Notes: a model not told the origin generated them from the sequence alone. Shown: positions 1 to 9,975, counted from the first letter of the stretch. The stretch is DNA of 64,000 bases from a virus (IMGVR_UViG_3300025875_000621:1-64000); one strand, 5' to 3'. Numbers and translations are program-made.

Positions 1-54
1 CCGGCTCCGGCGGGAGGCGGCCGCGTACCGCCGTGACGGCGCGGAGGACCCCCA

Positions 55-276
55 GTGAAGTGGCTGGTGAAGCTGACCGCCGGGCACCCCGGGGAGGAGG
101 TCACCGCGGACCGGTACCGCATGGACGCCGGCGGCTCCCTGGTCCTCACGGATGGGGACGTGTTCCAGCAGCGGCTGGTCCGCGCGTACTCCCCGAACGC
201 GTGGCACTCCGTGGCCCCCGTCCAGGAGCCGTCTACCCCGGAGACCCGCGCCGCGGCCGTCCGGAGCGTCCGGTGA
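55..276 (+). CDS. Small phage hypothetical protein
   Basis: GGAGG RBS; D.GG.L...V.AY.P..W motif shared with 1029..1241. Confidence 0.7.
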   Translation: MKWLVKLTAGHPGEEVTADRYRMDAGGSLVLTDGDVFQQRLVRAYSPNAWHSVAPVQEPSTPETRAAAVRSVR

Positions 277-482
277 GCCGCGGACCGCTGGCGGAGCTGC
301 TGTGCCGCCTGGGCCACCACAGCCTCACCCGCTGCGCCGGGCGCCTGGACCACCGGTGGCGGTGGAGCACGAAGGACCGCCGCTGGGTGGCCACCACGGA
401 GCACACCCCGCCCACGTCCAGCCTGCAGCGCCGGTGGGACGCGCAGTTCACCAGCCGCGGACGCCACGGCGGCCAGCAGTGA
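273..482 (+). CDS. Hypothetical protein
   Basis: GTGA overlaps with both neighbours. Confidence 0.55.
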   Translation: MSRGPLAELLCRLGHHSLTRCAGRLDHRWRWSTKDRRWVATTEHTPPTSSLQRRWDAQFTSRGRHGGQQ

Positions 483-718
483 CCCGCCGCGGGGTGCTCA
501 CCTTCCTGGCCGGCGCCGCCACCCCGCCCGCGCTCACCGTCCTGGTGGGCACCTGGGTGCACGTCACCACCCCGGGCACGGAGTGGACCTGCACCGTCTG
601 CGGCTACCGCACCGGCCCGCGCCGGGAGACCACCCTGGCCGTGGCCTGGCTCCGGTGGAAGCGGCACGTGCACTGGGACCGGCGCCGCGGTGACTGCGTG
701 CCGGAGCCCACCTGGTGA
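479..718 (+). CDS. Hypothetical protein with N-terminal hydrophobic segment and CxxC
   Basis: GTGA coupling; WTCTVCG. Confidence 0.55.
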   Translation: MTRRGVLTFLAGAATPPALTVLVGTWVHVTTPGTEWTCTVCGYRTGPRRETTLAVAWLRWKRHVHWDRRRGDCVPEPTW

Positions 719-1032
719 GCGACAGCCCAGGCCCCGTCTGGGACTCCCTGGTGGCTGACCTGGGGGAGCCGGAGCGGCGCCCACCCATCCGGCGGCTGGA
801 CACCCGGCCGCCCGTGCCGGTCACCGGCCCCCAGCCGGCGGTGCGCGTGCCGGGCGGGGCCACCGCCGTCTCCCGCCTCACCCGGGCGGAGTCCCGCCGC
901 CGCATGGCCGCAGCTGAGGAGGCTGCCTGGCAGGACGATCAGCCCACCACCAGCATGTTACTGACGGGTACAGATGCCCGAACCCCACCGGCGGGAGACC
1001 GCCACCAGCCAGCTGAGGAGCCCCACCCGTGA
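715..1032 (+). CDS. Hypothetical protein
   Basis: Coupled ORF in operon. Confidence 0.55.
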   Translation: MSDSPGPVWDSLVADLGEPERRPPIRRLDTRPPVPVTGPQPAVRVPGGATAVSRLTRAESRRRMAAAEEAAWQDDQPTTSMLLTGTDARTPPAGDRHQPAEEPHP

Positions 1033-1241
1033 GCGTCACCGTGCACGTCACCCCCATCGTGGCCACAGACCGCGCCCTGACCCAGACCCACGCCACCGGC
1101 GCCAGCGTGGACGTGGACTCCCGCGGCGCCCTCACCGTCTACGGACCCGGGGACGCCGTGGTGGCCGGCTACGCCCCCGGCGTCTGGCGGGACTACGCCG
1201 TGGCCCCGGACGAGACCACCGCGGTGGCAGACCGTGGCTGA
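1029..1241 (+). CDS. Small phage hypothetical protein (paralog of 55..276)
   Basis: Preceded by CCAGCTGAGGAGC; VDSRGALTVY..VVAGYAPGVW. Confidence 0.7.
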   Translation: MSVTVHVTPIVATDRALTQTHATGASVDVDSRGALTVYGPGDAVVAGYAPGVWRDYAVAPDETTAVADRG

Positions 1242-1941
1242 CCGCATCTGCGCGCACTGCACCGCCGGACGGCACCACCACTGCACCGGCCTGGTCTCCC
1301 TGGGGGAGGGCGTCCGCGGCGTGGCCCGCTGCGCCTGTCACTGCCAGCACGGCCAGCCCGCCACCCAGACCCCAGCGCCCGCGCCCACCGTCTACCGCCC
1401 CCGGCTCCTGGTGGACTTCGACGGCGTGCTCCACGCCTACCCGGACGGCTGGCAGGACGGCACCGTGTACGGCGGGCCCATGCCCGGCGCCCAGGCCGCC
1501 ATGGCGGAGCTGGAGCAGCGCGGCTACGAGCTGGTGATCTTCTCCACCCGGGACGCGTTCCAGATCAGCGCAGCCCTGGCGGACTGGGGCTGGCCCGCTT
1601 ACCGCATCACGAACGTGAAGGAGCCCGCCGCGGCCCTGATCGACGACCGGGCGGTGCGCTTCCAGGACTGGCCGCAGGCCCTGGAGGAGCTGCAGCGCCG
1701 CCACCCCGTGCGCGGCCGGGAAACCCGGACGGCGCCGGACGCCCTGCACTGCTGCTACCTCACCCCCGGCGGCAGCGGCTGCACCATGCCGTCCACCTTC
1801 CGGGTCACGGCTCAGGACACCGGGGACCCGTACAACGGCACGGAGTCCTGCACCCTCCACGTGGGTGACCTGCTGGGCTCTACCACTGACCGGCCCGCCA
1901 CCGGCTGGCTGGTCACCCCGCTGCAGGTGGACCGTGGCTGA
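1234..1941 (+). CDS. HAD-superfamily phosphatase-like protein with Cys/His-rich termini
   Basis: LLVDFDGVLH (motif I), IFSTR (motif II), K..A..LIDDRA (motifs III/IV). Confidence 0.75.
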   Translation: MADRICAHCTAGRHHHCTGLVSLGEGVRGVARCACHCQHGQPATQTPAPAPTVYRPRLLVDFDGVLHAYPDGWQDGTVYGGPMPGAQAAMAELEQRGYELVIFSTRDAFQISAALADWGWPAYRITNVKEPAAALIDDRAVRFQDWPQALEELQRRHPVRGRETRTAPDALHCCYLTPGGSGCTMPSTFRVTAQDTGDPYNGTESCTLHVGDLLGSTTDRPATGWLVTPLQVDRG

Positions 1942-2081
1942 CCGGCGGCTGCGGCTGGTCACCCGCCGGAAGCGCCGGGACATGACCGTCATCTGGACCC
2001 CGGAGGACGCGGCCGCGCTCACCGCGGAGCTGTCCCGCGCCCAGGCGGAGCGCGGCGTCCCCATCCCCCCGGAGGCCCGCC

Positions 2082-2597
2082 GTGGCTGAGCTGGCCGTGG
2101 ACCCGGACGCGCCGTCCTGCGGCCGGTGCATCCGGTACGTGAGCGGGCCCCGCGCCGGGCGCGTGTTCGTCCGCTGCTTCTCCTGCATCGGGCTGGCGTC
2201 CGCGTACGCCCGCGCGGAGCAGGACGCAGCCCGCCAGCAGCAGGAGGACGCGGACCGGGCGGAGCACATGGCCGCCGCCCAGGACGCGGCCGCGGAGCCC
2301 TCCCTGCCCCCGCTGGAGGAGGCGGCTGCCGCCTGGCGGGAGCTGGACGGCGCGGTCACGGCCTACATGCTGGGAGAGGTGGACGGCGCCCGGGTGGCGC
2401 AGGTGCAGTACGCCAGCATGATCCGGGTGCACCGGGCCACCGCGGTCCGCGCGGACGGCGGCCCGGACCTGTGGCACTCCCCCGCCCCCGGACCCCAGCA
2501 CTGGGACTGGCGGTGCCTGCGCTGCCACCAGCCCGTGGCCTACCACCCCGGCTGGTGGCGCCGGCTCCTCCACCGGTGGCAGCGGTGGGCCTGGTGA
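2082..2597 (+). CDS. Hypothetical protein with CxxC motifs
   Basis: RBS GGAGG, coupled ORF. Confidence 0.6.
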   Translation: MAELAVDPDAPSCGRCIRYVSGPRAGRVFVRCFSCIGLASAYARAEQDAARQQQEDADRAEHMAAAQDAAAEPSLPPLEEAAAAWRELDGAVTAYMLGEVDGARVAQVQYASMIRVHRATAVRADGGPDLWHSPAPGPQHWDWRCLRCHQPVAYHPGWWRRLLHRWQRWAW

Positions 2598-2721
2598 GCG
2601 GCGTGGCCACCGGCGCGTACTGCTGGGCGTGCTGGCACACCCACTCCGCCCGCGGCTCCTGCCGGCGCTGCCGCTGCGCCCACGCCCTCACCCGCAGCCC
2701 TGACCACACCCGGAGGACCCC

Positions 2722-3027
2722 GTGACCCAGCCCGTACAGGCCCGGTCCATGCGCATCACCCGCCTGGACCCGGGCGGGGACCCGGTGCCGGGCAGCACCC
2801 TCACCCTGGCTGGCACCGTCAGCTGGACCCCGGAGTTCCTGGCCCCTGAGGTGGAGCGGTACGTGGAGCGGCAGTGGCTGCCCCGGACGGCCACGCTCAC
2901 CGTCACCGTGCGCCCCAGCCGCCGGATGCTCCGCCTGCTCATGGGCCCCCGCTGGCGGTACGACCGTCGCCGCCACCGCACCGTCACCCGCCGGAAGTAC
3001 CGCGCACGCCAGAGGAGCCAGCGATGA
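2722..3027 (+). CDS. Hypothetical protein
   Basis: RBS GGAGGA, coupled. Confidence 0.6.
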   Translation: MTQPVQARSMRITRLDPGGDPVPGSTLTLAGTVSWTPEFLAPEVERYVERQWLPRTATLTVTVRPSRRMLRLLMGPRWRYDRRRHRTVTRRKYRARQRSQR

Positions 3028-3710
3028 CCCGCACCACCTGGAGCACCACCCAGGACGTGCCGCCCGCCCCCTGGGCCGCACTGGTCAGCGACATGACCCG
3101 GCTGCTGACCATGACCGCCGCGTCCGGAGCCCACGTCACCGGCCCCGGGGAGGACGGCGGCCCCGTCCTGGACACGGAGACCATCGCGTTCACCGTCCAC
3201 GCCCCGCCGGGGCAGCCCCTCACCGTCACCTTCCACCGCGCCGCCGGGGACGGGGAGGTCATCACCAACGCCCCGCACACGGACGGGATCGTGCTGGTGG
3301 CCATGGAGCGCGCCGCCCGCGCCTGGGGCGCCCTCCTCATCTGGGAGTCCGACGCGGGCACCGCGGCCCGCGCCGTCGCACAGACCCTGCTGTCCCGGCT
3401 GTACGCCCCGGATGACGCGGCCGTGTCCGGCGGGACCCTGCCCACCACCACGGACCAGCTGGCCGCCGCGGTGAGCCGCGCGTGGAACCGGGTCACGTAC
3501 GGAGACCGCGGCGCCCCGGACACCACTGGCCGCGCGTGGAGCCGCGCAGCCTACGGTGACCGGCCCACCTCAGAGGCCCCGCTGGCGGACCAGCTGGGTG
3601 CCCTGATCCAGGAGCTGACCGCGGAGCGCGCCGGGGTCATGGCCGCCGCGCAGCTGGCCGGCGCCACCCCCAGCCCCGCCCCGGCCCCGCCGAAGGAGAA
3701 CGCACCGTGA
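3024..3710 (+). CDS. Hypothetical protein
   Basis: ATG at 3024 after AGGAG; high-GC3 codon usage. Confidence 0.65.
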   Translation: MTRTTWSTTQDVPPAPWAALVSDMTRLLTMTAASGAHVTGPGEDGGPVLDTETIAFTVHAPPGQPLTVTFHRAAGDGEVITNAPHTDGIVLVAMERAARAWGALLIWESDAGTAARAVAQTLLSRLYAPDDAAVSGGTLPTTTDQLAAAVSRAWNRVTYGDRGAPDTTGRAWSRAAYGDRPTSEAPLADQLGALIQELTAERAGVMAAAQLAGATPSPAPAPPKENAP

Positions 3711-3849
3711 GGGCCCCGTACGCCCATCGCCGGGACCCGCGGTACGCCGTGGCCCGCGTCCTCTGCCGGCTCCGGGGCCACCGGTCTGCGTGGACCGGGA
3801 CGCACTACTACTGCACCCGCTGCGGCGGGGCTGGAGCGGACCTGAACCC

Positions 3850-4044
3850 GTGACCGTGCACCTGATCGTCCGCTGTGAGGGCACCACCGCGGACCGGCCC
3901 ACCGTGTCCCTGGAGCAGTGCCGCGGCGCGTTCCCCAGCCGGGAGACGCTGCCCGCCGGCGCGCAGCACGCCGCCCGGCAGGCCGGGTGGACCACCGTGC
4001 ACGGACGGGACCTGTGCCCGGCCTGCTCACGGAGCCAGCCGTGA
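3850..4044 (+). CDS. Small Zn-finger-like protein
   Basis: C...C and ARQAGW...DLCPAC; coupled to the sigma-factor gene. Confidence 0.55.
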   Translation: MTVHLIVRCEGTTADRPTVSLEQCRGAFPSRETLPAGAQHAARQAGWTTVHGRDLCPACSRSQP

Positions 4045-4667
4045 CCACCATCAGCCTGGAGGAGGAGCGCGGGCTGCTGCAGCTGGCCCGCGCCGTCACC
4101 GGCCAGCACGTGCTCCTGAACCCCGGGGACCGGCACCGCGCTGATGACGTGCTGTCCGACGCGTGCGCCGGGGTGGCGGAAGCCCTCAGCCGCTGGGACC
4201 CCACCGCCGGCAGCCTGAACGGCTGGGCGTACCGCCGCGCCGCCGGTGCCGTCATCGACGGCCAGCGCGCCCGCTCCCCCCTCAGCCGCGGCGCCTACGC
4301 GCAGCCCGGCGGCCCGGAACGCGCCCGCGCCCTCACCCCCTCCAGCCTGGAGGAGCTGGCGGGCAGCGGCTGGGCCCCGCCCACGGAGGACCATGGCCTG
4401 CACGCCCTGGAGGACCGGGAGCTGGTGCAGCAGCTGCTGCAGCTGGTCACTCCTCTGGAGCGGTACGTGCTCATCACCTGCGTGGCCCACGGCTACTCCC
4501 AGACGGAGGTGGCCGCGCACATGGGCGTCACCGTGGCCGCCGTGAACCAGTGGAAGATGCGCGGGCTGCAGCGCATCCGGTCCGGCCGGGCCGCGCGCCG
4601 CTCCGCCCCCAGCATCACCCCGGTGCCGGACACGCTGCCGCCCACCCCGCGGCCGGTGACCCCGTGA
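4041..4667 (+). CDS. Sigma-70 family RNA polymerase sigma factor (FliA/WhiG-like, short)
   Basis: Region 2-like EALSRWDPTAGSLNGWAYRRAAGAVIDGQR; SLEEL; region 4 HTH YSQTEVAAHMGVTVAAVNQWKMRGLQRIR. Confidence 0.8.
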   Translation: MTTISLEEERGLLQLARAVTGQHVLLNPGDRHRADDVLSDACAGVAEALSRWDPTAGSLNGWAYRRAAGAVIDGQRARSPLSRGAYAQPGGPERARALTPSSLEELAGSGWAPPTEDHGLHALEDRELVQQLLQLVTPLERYVLITCVAHGYSQTEVAAHMGVTVAAVNQWKMRGLQRIRSGRAARRSAPSITPVPDTLPPTPRPVTP

Positions 4668-6235
4668 CCCGCGGCGCCGTCCTCCCCGGGCTCACGGACC
4701 CCGCCGTGATGACCCTGGACCAGCTGGACGCGGAGGTCCGTGCCCTGTTCGCGCTCCAGGACCGCGCGAACCGGGACCACCCCCGGGAGCGGTGGCACAC
4801 CCCCGGGGACCTGGCGCAGGCACTGAACAAGCGGGTGGTGCAGACCGCCGCGCTGCAGGCGATTGACGCCGCACTGGTCCGGCTGCTGGACACCCCGGAC
4901 GGCAAGCTCATCATCTCCATGCCCCCGCAGGAGGGGAAGTCCCAGCGGGCGTCCCGCGCGTTCCCCCTGTGGGCGCTGCTGCAGAACCCTGAGCTGCGCA
5001 TCGCCCTGGCCTCCTACGAGGACCGGGTGGCCCGCCGCTGGGGCCGCGTCATCCGGGACGACATAGCCGGCCACCAGGAGGAGCTGGGGCTGTCCGTCCG
5101 CCCGGACGTCTCCGCGCAGCATGAGTGGCAGCTGGCTGACCATGAGGGCGGCATGTACACCACCGGCATCGGTGGTGCCCTGACCGGCCGCCCGGTGGAC
5201 CTACTGGTCATAGATGACCCGATCAAGGACCGGAAGCAGGCGGACTCCCTCACCTACCGGGAGGCCGTCTGGGACTGGTGGACGGACGTGGCCTCCACCC
5301 GTCTGGCCCCGGGCGCGCCCGTGGTGCTCATCCTCACCCGGTGGCATGAGGATGACCTGGCCGGCCGGCTCCTGGCCTCCGCGGAGGGACCCCAGTGGGA
5401 GGTCCTGAACATCCCGGCGCAGGCGGACCACCACCCGGAGAACGGGGAGACGGACCCGCTGGGCCGGGAGCCCGGGGAGTACCTGGACTCCGCCCGCGGC
5501 CGCACCACCGCGCAGTGGGAGGAGCGCAAGGCCCGGTCCGCGCACACCTGGACCGCCCTGTACCAGGGCCGCCCCTCCCCCGCGGAGGGTGACCTGTTCA
5601 AGCGTGGCTCCTGGGCCCGCTACGGCGCCCCGCTCTGGGTGGTCCGGGATGACGGCACCCGCTGGGTGCCGCCCATGCCCGGGGACCAGCTGGCCCAGTC
5701 CTGGGACATGGCGTTCAAGGCCCACGACCAGGCGGACTACGTGGTGGGCGGCGTCTGGCTGAAACGGGGCGTGAACCTGTACCTGCTGGACATGGTGCGC
5801 CGGCGCATGAGCTTCACGGAGACCCTGGAAGCCGTCCGGGTCCTGGCCGCCCGCTGGCCGCAGGCCACCCTGAAACTGGTGGAGGACAAGGCGAACGGCA
5901 CCGCCGTCATGGACATGCTGCGGAAGTCCGTGGTGGGCCTGCACCCCGTGGAGCCGGAGGGCGGGAAGATCGCCCGCGCCAACGCGGCCGCCCCGCTGGT
6001 GGCCTCCCAGAACGTGTGGCTGCCGGAGCCGGAGCTGCTGCCCAACGTGGAGGAGCTGGTGGTGGAGGCCGCCGCGTTCCCGAACGGCTCCCATGATGAC
6101 GCGGTGGACATGATGACCCAGGCCGTCCTCCACCTGGTGGTGAACCCCCTGGTGGGTCAGGCCCTGGTGGGCTCCTCCACCGGGCTCCGCGTGGGCGGTG
6201 GCGGTGGCGGCCGGCGCCCGGGAATCGGGCGGTGA
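4664..6235 (+). CDS. terL: Terminase large subunit
   Basis: Walker A SMPPQEGKS, Walker B LLVIDDP, LTRWHEDDLAGRL, nuclease SWDMAFK / VEDKANG / FPNGSHDDAVD. Confidence 0.95.
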   Translation: MTRGAVLPGLTDPAVMTLDQLDAEVRALFALQDRANRDHPRERWHTPGDLAQALNKRVVQTAALQAIDAALVRLLDTPDGKLIISMPPQEGKSQRASRAFPLWALLQNPELRIALASYEDRVARRWGRVIRDDIAGHQEELGLSVRPDVSAQHEWQLADHEGGMYTTGIGGALTGRPVDLLVIDDPIKDRKQADSLTYREAVWDWWTDVASTRLAPGAPVVLILTRWHEDDLAGRLLASAEGPQWEVLNIPAQADHHPENGETDPLGREPGEYLDSARGRTTAQWEERKARSAHTWTALYQGRPSPAEGDLFKRGSWARYGAPLWVVRDDGTRWVPPMPGDQLAQSWDMAFKAHDQADYVVGGVWLKRGVNLYLLDMVRRRMSFTETLEAVRVLAARWPQATLKLVEDKANGTAVMDMLRKSVVGLHPVEPEGGKIARANAAAPLVASQNVWLPEPELLPNVEELVVEAAAFPNGSHDDAVDMMTQAVLHLVVNPLVGQALVGSSTGLRVGGGGGGRRPGIGR

Positions 6236-6331
6236 GCTGATGAGCTGAACCGTCCAGTGAGCAGTCAGCGGACGAACGCTGAGAGGTGCAGCAGCCGCCC
6301 TCACCAGCACGATGCAGAACGGACCTTCCCC

Positions 6332-6670
6332 GTGACCGTCCTGACCACTCTGACCCTGACCACCCTGACCCTGGAGCCGGGCGTTACCCCGTACCCCGCA
6401 CCGCCGGGCACTGTGCCCTGCGCGGAGACCGCGGAGCTGCAGGCGGCACCGCGGGAGGAGCACCTGGCCGCGCCGGGCTCCCCCGTGGCCCGCGCCTGCG
6501 CCCGGGAGCAGACTGCCCCGGACGGCGCCCTGCCCGTCCGCTCCCCTGAGGGGAAGGTGGAGTACACCGTGCCGCCGCTGCGGTACCTCACAGACCTGGA
6601 GCTGGCCCAGTGGACCCACGCCCTGCTGGCGGAGCACGCCCGCCGCATCCCGCGGTACCCGCGGCCGTGA
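6332..6670 (+). CDS. Hypothetical protein (start uncertain)
   Basis: ORF with typical codon usage. Confidence 0.45.
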   Translation: MTVLTTLTLTTLTLEPGVTPYPAPPGTVPCAETAELQAAPREEHLAAPGSPVARACAREQTAPDGALPVRSPEGKVEYTVPPLRYLTDLELAQWTHALLAEHARRIPRYPRP

Positions 6671-7014
6671 CCGGGCCGGTGCCCTACCCGGCCGTGGCGC
6701 CCGGGGAGCCGGTCCCCGGGGAGACCCCGCCGGCACCGCACGTGCCCATCCACGGGGTGCGGGCCACGGCCGGGCCGCTGGCCGGTGTCCTGCGTGAGGT
6801 GCCGCAGCCCGCTGCGGCGGAGCGGGTGGCGGCGCTACAGGAGCAGATCACCGCGGACCCCGCGCTCACCCAGTGGCTGCGGAACTTCATGGCGGACACC
6901 CTGACGGACGCGGCCCAGCTGCTGCCCGGCTACACCGCGGCCGGGCTGACCGCTGATGAGGCGCTGCGCCGCATGGCCGCCGCCGCCCGCGTCCAGAACG
7001 GCCCGCTGTGGTGA
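6667..7014 (+). CDS. Hypothetical protein
   Basis: GTGA overlap with previous ORF. Confidence 0.55.
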   Translation: MTGPVPYPAVAPGEPVPGETPPAPHVPIHGVRATAGPLAGVLREVPQPAAAERVAALQEQITADPALTQWLRNFMADTLTDAAQLLPGYTAAGLTADEALRRMAAAARVQNGPLW

Positions 7015-7289
7015 CGGCCCGCCTGCCCCGGGTGCGGCGGCTGCGCTCCGGCACGTGGGCGCTGGTCCACCTCCGCGGCGTGGACTGGCCGGGGCTGTCC
7101 GCGCGCACCGTCCGCGGCTGGGTGCGGGGCTCCCAGTGCCTGGCCCGCTGCGGCTCCGGCCACACGTACGGGCCCGGCTGCCTGCTGGGCCGGGACCGCG
7201 CGCTGTAGGTGATCGACTGGCACCCCACCGTCACCGTCGTACACTGGGGGTGACCAGTACCGGTCACTCAGAGGCGGGGGAAACGCACT

Positions 7290-7568
7290 GTGACGGTAAG
7301 CCTGGCAGGACTGCTCAGAGGACCCCAGCGGCACACCCTGATGGTGTGCACGGACACCGGCCAGTGGTGGGAGCTGATCGACGGGCACCGGGACCGCATC
7401 GGCTCCGTGCAGGACGCGGAGCAGCGGGTCCGGGACTGGGGGTGGGGTGACCCGGACGCGGAGGTCAACCTGACCAGCGGCCACCACTACACGGTGGCCA
7501 GGGTGGACCGCTCCACCCTGGAGGCCCTGCCCATGCACCCCGGCCAGGACGTGGAGCTGCGGCCGTGA
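7290..7568 (+). CDS. Hypothetical protein
   Basis: ORF coupled to the downstream gene. Confidence 0.6.
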   Translation: MTVSLAGLLRGPQRHTLMVCTDTGQWWELIDGHRDRIGSVQDAEQRVRDWGWGDPDAEVNLTSGHHYTVARVDRSTLEALPMHPGQDVELRP

Positions 7569-7843
7569 CCCCGTGGCTGCTGGCCGGGGCGGGCTGGCTG
7601 CTGGCCGCCCTCCTGGCCGCGCTGCTCATCGGCGCGGCCATGCGCCGCCGGGACCACCGCTCCCCGGAGTGGCTGGCCTCCCACGGCCACCACGTCACCC
7701 TCCTGCCCAGCGGGGAGGGCGCACACCACCCCTCCTGCTGGTGCCTGATGGAGGGCCACACCCCCGCCGGCACGGAGCTGCCGGTGAAGATGCCCACACG
7801 CGGGCCCCGCCGTAGCCCGTCCGGACAGGCCCGCGGGCGCTGA
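7565..7843 (+). CDS. Small membrane-anchored protein
   Basis: N-terminal hydrophobic helix; H..HHPSCWC. Confidence 0.6.
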   Translation: MTPWLLAGAGWLLAALLAALLIGAAMRRRDHRSPEWLASHGHHVTLLPSGEGAHHPSCWCLMEGHTPAGTELPVKMPTRGPRRSPSGQARGR

Positions 7844-8799
7844 TGGACGCGGAGCTGGCGCAGGTCCTCCTGGGAGGAGCGGGCGGAGCGGGGACCCTGC
7901 TGGTGGGCATGTGGGCCCGCGGCCGCTGGGTCCTCCGCCACCTGCCGAAGCAGGCCCCGCCAGCAGCCCCCGTCCAGCCGTCTGTGCAGCCCTGCACAGA
8001 TGAGCCGGACTGGGGCACCCTGGCCGCCGCCCTGCAGTTCGTGCCGGAGTCCGTCCGCGCGGACTTCCTGCCCGCCTGGACCACCGGCGTCCGGCACGGC
8101 CACCGCCGCTCCACCCACCTGGTCCAGTGGTGCACCCGGGCGCACGCGGAGGAGCCCGCGGACTACGTGCGGCCGGAGGACCTGCGGTACACCGCCCCGT
8201 GGCATGAAGCCCGCTCCGCCGGCCAGGCCGCGGAGGAGCCCGCCACCGGCGCCCGGATGGAGGAGCTGGAGGCGCACCTGCTGGCGCAGGAGCAGAAGAA
8301 GTGGGAGGACCGGGCCCAGCACCAGCAGCGGGAGCTGGAGCAGCTGCAGGATGAGCAGCTGGCGCAGGACCTGGCCGTGAACGTGAAGCGCCTGGACGCC
8401 GCGATCCACACCCTGTTCCAGGAGACGCAGCAGCAGTACCGGGCCCGGACCCGGGGCCGGGCCGTGGACCCCCACGCCGCGCACGTCCTCATGGCCTACC
8501 ACCGGTGGGCTCGCGGAGAGGACCCCAGCGGCTGGCTGGCCGCCGCGGAGGGCATGGCCACCCGGCACGGAGCACAGAAGGACGCCACCGCACTGGCCTC
8601 CGCCATGGCCACCTCCTGGGACCTGCGCACCCGCGGGCACGGGCGCCCGCAGGTGTGGCCGGCGGCGCCGGAGCCGGAGCGCGGTGCACGCCGGCTCTGG
8701 CGCCACCCTGAGGAGAAGAAGCTGACGCTGGCACTGGATGAGCTGGAGGACCAGGCGTCCCCGTTCCGCGGCTTCCCCACCCGGAGTGAGCTGCGCTGA
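7843..8799 (+). CDS. Hypothetical protein with coiled-coil
   Basis: TGATG coupling; Q/E-rich central helix. Confidence 0.65.
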   Translation: MDAELAQVLLGGAGGAGTLLVGMWARGRWVLRHLPKQAPPAAPVQPSVQPCTDEPDWGTLAAALQFVPESVRADFLPAWTTGVRHGHRRSTHLVQWCTRAHAEEPADYVRPEDLRYTAPWHEARSAGQAAEEPATGARMEELEAHLLAQEQKKWEDRAQHQQRELEQLQDEQLAQDLAVNVKRLDAAIHTLFQETQQQYRARTRGRAVDPHAAHVLMAYHRWARGEDPSGWLAAAEGMATRHGAQKDATALASAMATSWDLRTRGHGRPQVWPAAPEPERGARRLWRHPEEKKLTLALDELEDQASPFRGFPTRSELR

Positions 8800-9133
8800 C
8801 CCCGGACCGTGACTGGCTGATCGCGCTGGCCGTGGTGTGGCTGGGCCTGGCCTGCGCCGCCTGGGTCACCTTCGCCTGGCCGGACCGCCCCCTGGGCGTG
8901 ACCGTGCTCACCGGCCTGTGCACCGTGGTGTTCATCGCCGCGCTGGTCCTGCTGGGCGCCGGAGCGTCGGGGTAGCCCCGCACCCCGGCGCCCGTACGCT
9001 GTGCCCGCGCCGGGGTGGGCTGGTCGTCCCAGGTGGGGCCCCCGTCAGGGGGAAGCTGGCGGGCACCCGCCCGCCCCGGCGCACCCGCACGCTGCTGGCC
9101 ACGGGCCGGGCGCACGCCAGCCCAGGAGCCCCA

Positions 9134-9418
9134 GTGACCCCGTACCTGCTGCGCCTGTACGGCCACGGCCGGCTCCTCCGCGTGAAGCCCACCCTGGTCA
9201 CCCTGGAGGACGACGGGGAGGGCGGGCACGTGAACCTGCTGGCTGTCACCATCACGGGTCTGCCCGCGGGCACGGTGGACACCGTGGAGCTGCGGCCCGC
9301 CGGTCACCCGGGGCCCGTGTGGGGCCTGGCCGCGTCCCCGCCGGTGGACGTCCACGGGGATGCGCCGCTGATCCTGGCGCCGCGCGCCCTGCGGGTCCCG
9401 GCGCTCACCGGAGGGTGA
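9134..9418 (+). CDS. Hypothetical protein
   Basis: AGGAG RBS before GTG. Confidence 0.5.
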   Translation: MTPYLLRLYGHGRLLRVKPTLVTLEDDGEGGHVNLLAVTITGLPAGTVDTVELRPAGHPGPVWGLAASPPVDVHGDAPLILAPRALRVPALTGG

Positions 9419-9578
9419 CGTGTGGTGCGCCGGGAAGCCACGGGGGGAGCTTCCCGGCGCCAGCTGAACGTACAGCGCCCATGCACAGACACGCAGCCCC
9501 GCGCCTCAGTGGGGCAGCAGTTGGGGCACGGCGCGTCAGGGCGTAGCTACTTGCGCACACGCCGTTACGTTCCCGGCC

Positions 9579-9938
9579 GTGATCCCCACCGCCGTCCTGG
9601 CCGTCCTGGCTGTCCTGCTGCCCCTGGCCGCCACACTGGCCACGGCCCGCGTCACCCGGGTCATCACCGCGGACCGCGTGGCCCAGCCGTTCCGCCGGGC
9701 CGTGGCCACCCGCTTCGGGCCCTCCTCCGCGGTGGCCTACTTCGTGAACTGCCGCTGGTGCGTCTCCATGTACGTGTCCATCCCGTTCGCCGCCGCCACC
9801 GTGTGGCTGCTGCTGGACCTGATCCCCGGCCTGGGTGACGTCCTGGGCTGGCCGGCCCGCATCCTGCTGGGCGCCCTCCTGGCCCTGGCCTACTCCCACG
9901 TGACCGCCCTGCTGGCGGGCCTGGAGGACGACGAGTGA
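9579..9938 (+). CDS. DUF1360-like membrane protein
   Basis: LATARVTRVITAD...FR...NCRWCVSMY; directly before portal. Confidence 0.75.
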   Translation: MIPTAVLAVLAVLLPLAATLATARVTRVITADRVAQPFRRAVATRFGPSSAVAYFVNCRWCVSMYVSIPFAAATVWLLLDLIPGLGDVLGWPARILLGALLALAYSHVTALLAGLEDDE

Positions 9939-9975
9939 GCACCCTGCCTGAGTCCATGACCGGGGGTCGCTGACC

